The notes below the pieces were generated by a model, which was not told the DNA's origin, searched no databases, and saw only the letters and a list, made by a program, of their open reading frames with translations. Shown piece after piece: positions 38,900 to 52,136 of a stretch of DNA of 64,000 bases. The position numbers and the translations under genes are program-made. Location: assembly GCA_951406725.2 (NCBI GenBank), contig OX597827.1:65596001-65660000 (forward strand). The letters run 5' to 3'. Within the stretch, counting starts at the first letter, position 1. Each line of letters starts with the position of its first letter. Origin of the DNA: Octopus vulgaris. Its lineage: Eukaryota.

Positions 38900-39900
38900 T
38901 ATACACTAACAATGACTGCTTTAGAACTTGTAAAGTTAAATCCTAGTGTCTGAATTGGACAAGCTTATGATAATAGATACTGTATGCTTTAATACATGTT
39001 AACAATTTTAATACATATGTTGTCCATTATAATAAAGGCCACAAGGGCTTAAAAGTATTGAGTTTGCAATGAATCGGTTATTTGCTTTCAAGTGTTTCAA
39101 CAAATATTCCGAAAGTAGATATCAAACAACAGTTAGTTATTTTGATAGAAACGCGGTTTCTTTGAATGACATCTCCGGGGTTAAATGAAGTATACGTGTC
39201 AGCAGTGCTGTGCCTGTTGCGCAATATTGATATACAACGAGAAAAGTTTTACGTGATGTTGAACAGCAATTACTTACACTACGAGAATAAATACCATTTA
39301 GGTACAATGGTACTGGGTAACATTTACTCAAAATGATCCACGGCAGAAATCTGTTAACTGTTGTATAAATTGTATTTCTACAAATATGAGAATAATGAAG
39401 TTCAATTCTTACAAAAGGTAAAGTATTGCGCGGAGAAGTTTAGAATTCAATCTGAATTCTCCACTAACTTTTCATTACCAAATCAGTTTGATATCAGGCA
39501 AATCAAATACTTTATTACCAGAGACTCTATTTGCTATGATTTTGAACAAAATTGAAGTCACCGTATTTGATGTGCATTCACTTTGGATCAATTTGTCAGT
39601 TCAATAACTTAAACGAGGAAGAAATGCTTTCAGCAATGGAACAATTTCTGCGACAGTATTGCAAAGAGGTATCGAGTGATTTTAGAAATGAGTTTCTATT
39701 TCTTAAACGAATACGTTGAGTAGGCATTAAATTGGATCGAAAACCCAATAAACCGCTGTTTGAGATTTAAACTTTGAGAAAATCTCCAATTACTTTTATT
39801 GTCGTGACAATTTATATAAGTTTGCCAAGAATGCCTTGTTCTGGGAGGAAGAAATATTCTCAAGATGGAACACGTGAAGAATAAGCAAAAATTCGAATAT
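38900..39900 (+). mobile_element. Highly degraded hAT (ZMYM1-like) transposase remnant
   Basis: Fragments IGQAYDN (~38955) and IYISLP..CSG..FSKMEHVKNK (~39810-39885) resemble the hAT GQ.YD motif and C-terminal dimerisation motif. Many stops and frameshifts. Confidence 0.5.
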
Positions 39901-40227
39901 GGATTTCAGCTAGTGGTCATTAAGGAAGGAGTGAAATTTAAGCTTCTGGAGGGGGATGTTGTTTACAGTTATACTTACATATCTGAGATGTCATTAAAGA
40001 AAGCTATTAAAGGAGTCAGATGTGTCAGAGATTTTGCCCCTTGAAGTACGAGAAACTGAGGCATGTTCTCAAAGTTTAGGACATAACCGTGGGGAGAAAC
40101 ACAGAAAGAGAGTCGAAGAGAAGGAGAGGAGAGTGTGTCCATAATTTTGTCAAGAAGAGGGTTATCTCAGTAACGCTTCAATTCAATGTCATCAAGGGGG
40201 CAATTTAAATGGCCAGTGATCCCGTTG

Positions 40228-40536
40228 CCAGCTCATGAAATTAACGTGCAAGTAGCTGAGCACTCCACAGACACGTGTATCCTTAACGTAGTTCTCGGTG
40301 AGATTCACCGTGACACAGTGTGACAAGACTGACCCTTTGAAATACAGGTACCAGAGAAATAGGAAGACAGAGTGAGAGAAAGTTGTGGTGAACGAGTACA
40401 GCCGGGTTCGCCACCACCACCTGCCGGAGCCTCGTGGAGCTTTAGGTGTTTTCGCTGAATAAACACTCTCAACGCCTGGTCTGGGTATCAAAACCGCGAT
40501 CCCGCCGCCCTAACCACTGGGCTATTGCACCTCCAC
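40228..40536 (-). mobile_element. SINE family C
   Basis: Homologous to 3877-4192; 3' tail differs or is truncated. Confidence 0.88.
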
Positions 40537-40551
40537 TCTTTTAAAATGATA

Positions 40552-41830
40552 CAGGTGTTATATATCCTTCTACAATTTGAATAATTTTAATGCGTACTTA
40601 ATTCAAATTATTAAAAATTGTCGGCTAAATATGTTTGAGACCGTACCGACATTATTTTGTTTAATTTCATAATTCACGACACAAACAATCAATGAGCAAA
40701 AATTTATTATTAGTATCAAGTTCCATTATTTTCAATTACAGCCTTACAACTGCCGATATGGAGTTCGACGATGGGCACAAAAATTATTTGGAATATTCTG
40801 TAATAGTTCTTCAATAAAATTATATAATTGGGACAATTTGTTTTTAGCATGGACTCTTTTAGAAAAATAATTCTATAAATTTTCTATCAGATTCAAATAA
40901 CCACCATATTATTGCACTCAAAATATTGCAAAATTTTTCCGGTGACATCTGATTATTTAAAAATAGCAGCACATTTTCGTTTACTAATTGCAGATAGCCT
41001 ACACCGTTCTGTCTGCCATCAACGTCAACAATAGAACCAACACCTAAGCTGCTAAACGTGGCCCACACCATGACCCCACCACCTCCCACTTGCGCCGTTT
41101 TGTTGATACACTTAGGATGAACTACTTCAGTTGGATGGCGTATAAAATAAGTCTTTCCTTCTGATCCAAAGATGCAGAAGTGAGATTCGTCGCTCCAAAG
41201 ATCTTTTGACGAGTCCTCGGCCATCCATTTAATATGGCTTTTAGCAAACTTGATCCACTTCCCTCGGTTCGTCTCAGGAATTATCTGCTTCTTTCGAGCG
41301 ATCCGGTCGAAGAACTCGAATTCTTTTTGGCGGTTTCTGACAGTTTGTGATGTAAAGCTGATGTCAGTTTTATGAGTTAATTGCTTGCAAATGTCCACTG
41401 CTGTTAGCATTCTTTTACCTCCAGGGAGCCTATGAATTCGCCGATCCATCTGTACTTTTCTTTTTTTTTCTCGGAGCTCCCGTTCTTTGCCGATATTTTT
41501 ATTGGTCAGCGGCTTGGTTAAGCTTCCATGCTTGAACACAAAGCTGTTTTGCTGCATCCTAATTGCTTGATAATATTTAGGAAAGACACAGTTTGCTGAT
41601 GAGGCAACACAAGCTTTGATGTAGTAAATTTCTCATAGCGAATTAATGTTTCACAATGATTGATCATTAAACAAAACAGTGCAGTACGACCAGCCACATG
41701 ACCACACATTTGGTTTATTAATTTGCATAATCTTGGTACGGTCTTCAATTTATTTTGCCGACAGTTTCTAATCATTTGAATTAATTGTGCATTAAAATAA
41801 TTCGAATTGAAGAAAGATATATAACACCTG
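40552..41830 (-). mobile_element. Tc1-family transposon with ~100-bp TIRs, defective transposase
   Basis: Left end TA|caggtgttatatatc...gaccgtacc is the inverted copy of right end ggtacggtc...gatatataacacctg|tg. ORF 40859-41557 has TVRNR, ARKK, WSDESHF, GGGVMVWATFS, GVG.I; the C-terminal catalytic region is eroded. Confidence 0.92.
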
Positions 41831-42221
41831 TGTCATTCGAAAGGGAAAAAAAGTCTACATAAACTGTAAAAAGTAAAATGACTTTATACATTTCATTTTT
41901 GGATTTGGTTTGCAAGGTTTTTATATGAGTTCGTGTGTTGGAGCATATTCTGTTGTGTCTGGAGAGAGCCATTTTCTTTTTGTGCTTTATAATTTAACAC
42001 ACTCAACGGTAAAATTTCCACTTATTTCTAATTATTATTTTCTAATTATTATTTTCCTACAATTTTCGTCTTTCAACCTTTTCAAGACGCAACCACATTA
42101 AGTGGAAACATTATAAGGCACAAAAAGAAATTGATTTTATACAGTTTTGTTAAAAATAAATTAATGAAGGAATAGAACTGTCATTATCGTTGTAAAACTT
42201 ATCTTGGTCAGTGTAGATGAG

Positions 42222-42280
<59 letters not shown>

Positions 42281-42354
42281 ATATATATATATATTTATAT
42301 ACATATATATATATATATATGTATGCATATATATATATATCAGTGTGTGTGTGT

Positions 42355-42397
<43 letters not shown>

Positions 42398-42496
42398 CAC
42401 ATACATGCATAATTCATACATACACCCACATATATACATACATACATACGTGCGAGCAAACAAGATACAGACTTAAAAATATATTCTTTTATTCTC

Positions 42497-42870
42497 CTTT
42501 TCCTTTACTTGTTTCTGTTATAATTTGACTGCAGCCATGCTGGAGCGCCGTCTGGAAATGTATTTGTCGAACAATTCGGCTCCAGGTTTTATTTTAAGCT
42601 TAGAACACATCCTATCACTTTCCTTGCAGTACAGTTGTGAAGTGATGATGGTGGTACAAATGCAGACACACACACAAACACAGATATATAATTATGTGTG
42701 TGTGTGTGTGTGTGTAGTATGGGCTCCTTTCAGTGTCCGTCCACCAAAACTACTCGCAAGCTTTTGCTCGGCCGAGGCCATAGTAGAAAACACTTGACCA
42801 AACTGCAACGCAGTGGGACTGCCCTCGAGGTCATGTGTCTAGAAACAAGGTTCTTATCATAGGTGAAGCC
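42497..42870 (-). mobile_element. Old, degenerate SINE family B
   Basis: tttacttgtttc...gactgcagccatgctggagc...cggccgaggccatagtagaaaacacttgaccaa...cgcagtgggactg. Confidence 0.7.
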
Positions 42871-43489
42871 ATGACTTCACCTATATATGAGAATTTATTA
42901 ATGTACAAATTTGCTTTCAGGAAACATTCTAATTCAAAACTTTCAGTTTCGAGACGAATTCCTTAATACAATTTCTTACGATATGAAGACAAAAAATCAA
43001 ATAGCTATGATACATGTCTTGTGGCAAAACGATTTGCACTTTTGCCCTACCTGGTTGGAATGAATATCTGAGTATATAGTTTTCAGAAAACTTACTTTGC
43101 GAATACGTTGTAGAAGAATGCAATTATTATTCCGATTCAAAAGATGATACATGCACCATTTATATATATTTTTAGAGAATGTCTATGCAACTGTGTACGA
43201 TAAATTGTTACAGTTAATGCGGGATATCTTCTAAGTTATTCCATGGAAATACGCTGTGTTGTATAGTAAATCGATTTATATTTTAAATAACAGGTTTGAA
43301 TATTCGTAATTTACAGGAAATATTACAGGATAATTTTATAAATATGAAAGAACTGAAGCATTTCAATTTTAGATTCGTATGAACTCAGTAAATCTAACAT
43401 TATTGTGAAACACAAAAGTTCATAAATTCAGAGATTTCAAAGAAAGAAATTATAACTTTTGAAAATTATTTTGTTCTCAAATTTTGATA

Positions 43490-43690
43490 GAAGGCCAGAA
43501 AGTACGGGGAAGGGTATTATTCGATTTCATCGACTCCAGTTCTCAACTGGTACTTATCTATATACACGGAAATGTTGAAACGCAAAGTCTACCGCAGCGG
43601 AATTTAACATCAGATCGCAAAGTCTGACGAAATACCGCTAAGCATTATGCCTGACGTCCTAACGGGACTGCAATCTCATCAACCGCCTCA
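43490..43690 (-). mobile_element. Degenerate SINE family A variant
   Basis: actggtactta...gcaaagtc.acc..gcggaattt.a...gacgaaataccgctaagcatt. Confidence 0.7.
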
Positions 43691-43795
43691 CTCTTAAAAA
43701 AATATAGTGATCTGCTAAACACTGTGTATATAGTGGGGACTTATTCTTATACATTTGTGTAAGTAAATTGTTTGTCCTTGTTTGTCCTCTCTGTG

Positions 43796-43915
43796 TTTAG
43801 CCACTTGTAATATTATTAGCCACTTGTAATATTATTTAGCCATTTGTAATATTATTTAGCCACTTGTAATATTATTTAGCCACTTGTAATATTATTTAGC
43901 CACTTGTAATATTAT
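43796..43915 (+). repeat. 20-bp minisatellite, 6 copies, continuing from a SINE A tail
   Basis: Unit tttagccacttgtaatatta follows tttgtccttgtttgtcctctctgtg (SINE A tail). Confidence 0.92.
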
Positions 43916-44519
43916 TATTAGTTTCTGTGTCAGTTCCAAAGGTGCACACACGAAGGTAAATTTCGTAGCAAGCTTCACATATATAAGACAAATACTTAAA
44001 CGAGAGTGTGACATTTATTTTTGGAGTGAATAATTGTTAATGTAACTAACTACTCGTTTTGTGTCACTGATAAACTCTTCGAAGAACTGCTATCTACTAG
44101 ATACCTCGTATCCACACACAAGACGTAATCAGTGTACGTTATGCGAAACCAAATGTTTTTCAAGCAGCGACATGGATTCGTGGAGTAAAGAGACTGAAAA
44201 TGTGCTAAATGTTATACTGCTTAATGTTTTAACGATTTTAGAAATATACGAATTTATATAGTGAATCACAAACGCATATAGGCAAATACACATATTTAAA
44301 TGAAGTCCATTCGTATATATATATATATATATACATATAATTATAATTAGTGTTCATCAAAGATATGCTTTACCACATACCGAAGTTTAGAAATAGCAGC
44401 CAAAGAACCTTATCAATTTCTTCTACTATAAGAAGAGACTCCAAGACAAAAAGAAAATACTTGAAACAACCCACGCAGACACAGAGGTAAAATAACGAAA
44501 ATCACTCTCTATTTGATTA

Positions 44520-44602
44520 CCCATGGAAGCGTTTCGGAATTATATCAGTATAAAGAATGTAAAATTCATACATTACCCAAACACTTTCCTCATCAGCACG
44601 GG
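44520..44602 (-). ncRNA. Type I hammerhead ribozyme motif with long stem II loop
   Basis: Minus: cccgtg-CTGATGA-GGAA...TTCC-GAAA-cgct-TC-catggg. Stem I 6 bp; stem III is one substitution away from palindrome ACGCGT. Confidence 0.7.
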
Positions 44603-44889
44603 ATTTCACGATATTAAATCCGAAAGCACTGAAAAAATTGAACACACCTCTCCAATTCACAACAGTATTAGGTAGATCATATTCAACGTCAAGTACCGGC
44701 GAATTCAAAATATAGGAATGAGGTTGGTAGGCAGTTGAGGGTGATGAACTATAAAATTAACTGTTTTCAGCTTATCGTACTTTGTTACGTTAAAAATTCA
44801 CAATCTTCTGTACCAATGAATCACTGTTATTCCTAAAGTTGTTTTTTTTTCCTTTTTATATCTTGTACTGATTGCTTGAAGCTCACTAA

Positions 44890-45121
44890 CTTCCTACGCT
44901 TTCAACCATCAATCTTACCTACACATGTATATGTGCCCTTCTTTGACCGCTGATATCTACAAATACTTTCATTCTCTTTCTCTTTATTTTCTCTTATTCC
45001 TTTCTATTGAAGAGCGTAAGCTCGAAACGTAGAAAACTTTTTCATTTTCCCTAGCGTCAAACTAAAACATTTGTTTGTTGTCCATACACCCTCATCGTCT
45101 TTTGTTTGTCTATAAATATTT

Positions 45122-45125
<4 letters not shown>
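44890..45125 (+). mobile_element. Penelope-type terminal repeat remnant ending at (TA)n, degenerate hammerhead ~45000-45035
   Basis: ttt-CTATTGA-A-GAGC-gtaa-GCTC-GAAA-CG-TA-gaaa (core mutated from CTGATGA); homologous to 29680-29850. Confidence 0.6.
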
Positions 45126-45163
<38 letters not shown>

Positions 45164-45203
45164 TATATATATATATATATATGATTGATTGATTGATTGA
45201 TTG

Positions 45204-45234
<31 letters not shown>

Positions 45235-45244
45235 TATATATATA

Positions 45245-45439
<195 letters not shown>

Positions 45440-47039
45440 TTATACATACATGTGGGGTGGGATGATGTATAGGCTTGTATGTGTATGCATAAACTCGGAC
45501 AGAATAGAAGAACCGGTCAAGAAGAAACTAAATGAATTATCGATGACAATGTAGACATGCATATACTTGGAACGAAATAAAAATTTTCTAATCCGCTACT
45601 TAAAAAACAGCCGAAGAATATAGAATATTATATTCATGCTACCATAGAAACATATTTAGTTACTGTCAGATACAATTTACATAAAATCATTTGTACTTTT
45701 CAAATAACTGGCTCAAAGGTATATTTGATCATCGTGTTATAATAACATCATCCCATGGAAACAGTAGAAGAGAAAAGCAATTATTATCCCCATATAAGTG
45801 TTGATGCATGCGGCAAACAAATCTATTTTCACAGACTTTTTCTTTAATTAGCTGTGATACAAGATTTAGCTACTTGGATGACTTTCAAGTTATTTTATTC
45901 ACGTATGTACCTTTGTATAGAACGTGTGCTTAACGTTTCAATAATATACGGTGTAAAGAATCTACAGTCGGTTTTCTGAGATGATATACTACTCCAGTTC
46001 TTGAATCTTACGGCTGTTTGCCTTAAGGATCAGGTAACTGAGTGTTGGGGTTGTATATCATACTTGAAATTTCAATCCATATTCAAGATCGTTGCAGGCA
46101 ATGGAAAATACAGTATAATACTGAAGATAGAAGAGTAGTTTTCTGTTACAGTGTTAAACAGTAACTGTGGGTGTATATTACACCTGCTGCATTGGTGACG
46201 GTATGTCGACTGTCGTGCTATACTGGATGATATGTCAATGTTGATGATCCTTGAACGGCGAACTCCTAACATGAAATTATAGTAAAACGCTTTCTCCAAT
46301 TACATGGGAAATGTTAGACTGCATAAACATTGGAATATAACAGTTTATATTAGCTTCCAAATAGCATCATATCTGGCAAATTCTACAGTATCTTTCACAT
46401 ATATATATCAAATAATTGACCGGTTTAAATGAGGTTGGATCATAAAGACAGCGCAAGAGCAATCTGTGATAGAAATACCTTATGCAATTTGCCTCATTTA
46501 ACATCGGGTTTTCAAGATGACATTAAATTGTTTCAAATGCATTGGGAGATCGGAAAGCAATTAAATATGTCTAAAGTGATATTAAATCATAAGTGTACCC
46601 GTGTACGCATGACTGAGCCTAAGAGAGACATGTAAGAAATACTCGGAAAATTTGTGTGCACAAAAATGGTGCCCTGCCCAAATCTTCATGGGAAATAATA
46701 CCTTGTCTCCAAAAGCCTGATTTTCATGCAAGTCTTTTGAACTTAAACCAATATATCTGATAAGCTATATGCTCAAAACACAGTGGCGCTACATCTTTTT
46801 AAAATTATACTTGATTTACTACAGATGGACTTTTGGCGGAATATCTGTATTTTAGATGTAAAATGAAATCTACACCCAATTAATGACATTTTGTGAGACT
46901 TTATATATGTATGTGTATGTGTGTGTACTCTGTTTGTACAAGAACCCCTAAGTTGGCGCTCCAGCTTGGCTACAGTGAAATGACTGAAACAAATAATATA
47001 ACAAAAGTAATACACACACACAAACACACACACGAACAC

Positions 47040-47112
47040 ACCTCCATAGCTCAGAGGTTAGAACACTGGTCTTGTAAACTAGGGGTCGGGAGTTCGATCA
47101 TCCCTGGGGGCT
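47040..47112 (+). pseudogene. tRNA-Thr(TGT) pseudogene or divergent tRNA gene
   Basis: 73-nt cloverleaf: (a)cctcca-ta-gctc..gaac-a-ctggt-ctTGTaa-actag-gggtc-gggag-ttcgatc-atccc-tgggggc-t. Mismatches at acceptor pair 1:72, in the D stem and in the T stem; no adjacent poly-T terminator. Confidence 0.85.
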
Positions 47113-47128
47113 GGTACACAAGATACTC

Positions 47129-47360
47129 AAGGCGGCGAGCTGGCAGAATCGTTAGCACGCCGGGCGAAATGCGTAGCCGTAATTCGTCTGCCGTTACGTT
47201 CTGAGTTCAAATTCCGCCGTGGTCGACTTTGCCTTTCATCCTTTCGGGGTCGATTAAATAAGTACCAGTTACGCACTGGGGTCGATGTAATCGACTTAAT
47301 CCGTTTGTCGGTCCTTGTTTGTCCCCTCTGTGTTTAGCTCCTTGTGGGTAGTAACGAAAT
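47129..47360 (+). mobile_element. SINE family A, full length
   Basis: Close to the family A consensus. Confidence 0.92.
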
Positions 47361-48473
47361 ATATATACGTGCTTGTCTGTCTGTGCATATATATGTGTGT
47401 ATGTATACATACGGGTCCTTTCCTGTTTGCCTGCTAATTTGGAAGTTACACATTTCACTGAATTGTTTTATTTGTTTTGTTTTTTCAAATTGGTGCATTG
47501 ATATAAGTTTTCACGGTGGATCTCACGGGATATTTCACTTTTACCAGGAAATTTTTGTAAAAGGGTACAGCGGTTGAAATTTTGATAATTTTTGTTTTTT
47601 GCCCAGTCTGAAAACAGGATTTGAAGCTATTATTTTGTGCGTGACTCTCACAGAATTCTACATTACGAACGCCGTATAACCCATCATAACTTGCTCTCTG
47701 AAATTCTCAGTAAAACTTTGAGATTTTGTATACTACACACGGGAATTCATACGATTACGCAATACCCATTCTCCACGCAATAATTGGGTCGTGATTTAAA
47801 TTCCATTTAATTATTATTTTTAGCACATGTGACAACTACCTCTGTTTTATGCATTTAATTAACAAAAATTACCATGTGGTTAAGCAGCTACGTAACATCT
47901 TGGCTTGTTACTAATGGAAACATGCAACTATAATCCTGTGGCTTTCCATTGGCTGAAATGACCTCAAATTTATTGATTTGCAGCGAAAATGAATTTCTTG
48001 TCAATGTCTACCATAAAATACTATATCAACACATCAAATATGAAATCAATTGGAACGAAAATGGAAAAGAAATTGAAAATATCCTATATCCATATATACG
48101 TGTGTGTGTGTGTATCTTTAAGTAGAGAAGCTGAGGGAAGTACAATATGAGAACTGGAAGAGGAAAATTGTGAATAAATAGTTATAGCTCCACACATAAA
48201 AGCATAGGTGCACGACATACAAACATACACACACACATCCACATACACAAACACAGACACACACACACACACGCATAAACATACACACATACACGTATGT
48301 TTATATGAACACACACACATACATATATATATATATTAGTATATATGTATGTACATCTATACGTATACGTATACATGTATGCATATATATGTATATACGT
48401 GCATATCTTTCTATCTACCTATATATAGCACACATATTAGTATTATGTTAAATTATTATTAGATTTTTTTTTA

Positions 48474-48795
48474 AGGGACATGAAGGCCAGCAACATCAAT
48501 AATAGCGGTTGGGAGGCAGTTGCCGGCAACCGTAAAAGAGGGAATACAAAGGAGTGACAGAGAGAGAGAGAGGAGAAATGGAAAGAAAGGAAGAGACGTA
48601 AACAAGAGACTATGGCACTACAACCAGCCAGGAAAAGTCTTCGCTACATTTGCGGTACCTGCCAGAGGGAGTGTTTGTCCAGGATAGGACTACACAGCCA
48701 CAGCAGGAAATGTATCAGGACATGAAATATAAAAGCCGGACTAGACTACTTCATGCGCAACTCCATCGTCTCCCGAGACAGAAAGGATGCCAATA
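48474..48795 (+). mobile_element. RTE (BovB-like) LINE 3' end fragment
   Basis: RDMKASNIN ... VKEGIQRSD ... YICGTCQRECLSRIGLHSHSRKC* is the C2H2-like RTE C-terminus; short 3' UTR ccatcgtctcccgagacagaaaggatgcc. Confidence 0.85.
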
Positions 48796-49231
48796 CAATT
48801 AGTATTATACACATTTTACACATCAGCGTAAGTAAATTTAATAGAATAACAAAGGCAATGCGTTTCTATGTGATAGTGCTATATAGATACAGTTGGTCGT
48901 TTTTCTAAGCCTTAATATAAATAAAAAATACAAGACTTAATTATATTGAAACGAGGAATATAATATATGCATAAATATAATTTATTCGCAGTGATAGTCT
49001 TAATATTATTGGAGACCAGCATCATTATACCGATTGTTTCATTCATTGTTACAACTATAATTTGTTTGGGGTTCTTTAAGATTTGTAGCATAATTCGTTT
49101 AGGCATGCAATTTGTTACATGCTTCTCCATGGCAATTATAAATTAACGCATAATAATTTCCCTGGATGAAGCTGAAATAGGTTCCTGCTTAAAATATATT
49201 TAAGCATATATGTATATATACATACATACAT

Positions 49232-49264
<33 letters not shown>

Positions 49265-49308
49265 CACATACAGAGATACACACACACGCACGCACGCACA
49301 AACACATA

Positions 49309-49378
<70 letters not shown>

Positions 49379-49491
49379 GTTCTTCATGGGATTAATCTTA
49401 TCAAGAATATGTTTATAAATAAGTTTCTGATTACAATATTATTAATATTAACATTGCTAGCATCATCATCGTTGTTACAATAAAAATAATG

Positions 49492-49567
<76 letters not shown>

Positions 49568-49583
49568 TAATAATAATAATAAT

Positions 49584-49654
<71 letters not shown>

Positions 49655-49850
49655 CCAAATATATTGATAATAATAATGATAGTAATAATAATGGTAATGA
49701 TAATAATAATAATAACCAAATAAAATAATAATACTAATGATAATAATAACAATAGCAATAATTAATACTAGTGATGCTAATATTAATAATGTTGATAATA
49801 ATAAATATAATAAGAGTAATAATAATTATTACTATTACTATTATTATTAA

Positions 49851-49882
<32 letters not shown>

Positions 49883-50338
49883 GTAGTAGTAGTAGTAGTA
49901 GTAGTAGTATTATTATAGATATTATTATTGTTATCATCATTATCATCATCTTTTATTAATGTTCTCGCTTCAAAATCATTTCGCTATTCCATTATTCATT
50001 AGGATGTGTTTTATTATCAAATTAAAATGTTAAATTGCATTTGAAAATCTCTCACTGAGGAAATTTATAATTTCAATGAAATTCTTGCGTTATTTTCATC
50101 TACCTAAATATACACACACACACACATACATACAGATCCATAATGTATATATCGTTTGGTATTTATATATGTAAGTATATATATGCATATGTATGTATCA
50201 ATATAGAAGTTTATATGTGTATGCGTGAATTTGATGGTGAGTGTGTGTATATGAGCATATTGATGCGTATATACGTACAGAGTTACACACACGCACATAC
50301 ATACATACATAATACATACATATATATATATACATATA

Positions 50339-50405
<67 letters not shown>

Positions 50406-50733
50406 CTAGTTCCACGTATGTGCATATATATACCTATACATGTATATGTACGTGTGTGTGCATATAAAGGCGCAAGAAACTTAATGAAAACAAATTAAAA
50501 ACAGTAATTTAACAATGCAACAATACGAAGTGAACGTTATTAGGTTAAATCCTGCAAGAGTCTACAAAATATTGGCTGTATTCTTCTTCTCCTTCTTCTT
50601 CTTCTTCTTCTCCTTCTTCTTCTTCTTCTTCTTCTTCTTCTTTTTGTTCTTGTTCTTGTTCTTCTTGTTCTTCTTGTTCTTCTTGTTCTTCTTCTTCTTC
50701 TTCTTCTTCTTCTTCTTCTTCTCTAGTTATTAC

Positions 50734-50822
<89 letters not shown>

Positions 50823-50932
50823 ATAGTATTCATCTTCTTCTTTCACTCCCTCTTCTTTTCTTCTTTGTCTTTTTCTTGTTCTTCTTCGTCTTCTTCTTCT
50901 TGTTCTTATTATTATTATCATTATTATTACTA

Positions 50933-51023
<91 letters not shown>

Positions 51024-51569
51024 TTCATCTTCTTCTTTCTCTACCTCTTCTTTTTCTTCTTTGTCTTTTTCTTGTTTTTCTTCGTCTTCTTCTTCTTTTC
51101 CTTCTTACCTTCGAGAATTGATGCGAATTAAAGTACATATAAAACCACACCAGAATATCGACCATTTTATAGTTGAGATTGCGACCGACATCTGAACCTT
51201 CGCTCCCGCCTGACCAATCCGATAAAAGCGTGAGCTATTTGTAAGGTCGAATAAAATTTCATTTGCTGGATTGATAATTTGTTATGAATAAACTGTCCAT
51301 CTCCCTAAGGAATACACCTCTTGAAGGAACCATTTGTTACAAGGTTATTCTACACAATACTCTGATTTTCTAAAATAATTCAATGTTATAAATATAATTA
51401 TCTTCTATATTTTATGATAGTGCTGTATATTCTAACAGTACCAGTGACCCTTCTTGACCTACTCAGTTTCATGTGCAAACATGAAATTGTAAATCATCAC
51501 ATTTTCGAACAGTTAAAACAAAACATATTTGCATCTATCTTTTTATCTATCTATCTATCTATCTATTTG

Positions 51570-51646
<77 letters not shown>

Positions 51647-51907
51647 AGAGAGAGAGATAGAGAGATAGATAGATATACTGAGAGATACATGTATAGATGT
51701 AGATAGATACATACAAATTAAGAGGAATAACCCCCAAAGTGGATTCCTAATATGCTAAATATAGACGTCAAATCGCCTTACTTACCGTGGTTGGTTTGTC
51801 AGAATGTGTTCTCTTAATTTGTATGTAATATAATTTTTAATCTTTGGATTTTTTTAAATACGCCAAACCGCTTGTTTTAATTGATTAATATAAATTTCTA
51901 CGCTCAT

Positions 51908-51979
<72 letters not shown>

Positions 51980-52049
51980 GATAGATAGTTAAACGTAGAG
52001 AGAAAATAGATATAAGGAAGTTAGCAATCATTCATTATTAACAAATGGT

Positions 52050-52136
52050 CATTTTCGCTCCTTACAACCGTTTCAATTAATACTCAAAAATTAAAATTAA
52101 AAATTTGTACATTAAATTTGCATTCATGAGCGAAAT
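52050..52136 (-). ncRNA. Eroded hammerhead-like motif in a Penelope-type remnant next to (TA)n
   Basis: Minus: atttcgctc-ATGA...GAAA-cggtt-GTA-aggagcgaaaat. Stem I arms (tttcgctc/gagcgaaa) retained; CUG part of the core deleted. Confidence 0.45.

Noticed and set aside
43796-43915. CRISPR-like array
   Set aside because: Repeats are contiguous with no unique spacers; eukaryotic context and no cas genes.
51200-51235. GC-box/CCAAT/GATAAAA cluster as promoter
   Set aside because: Short motifs expected by chance; no downstream gene evidence.
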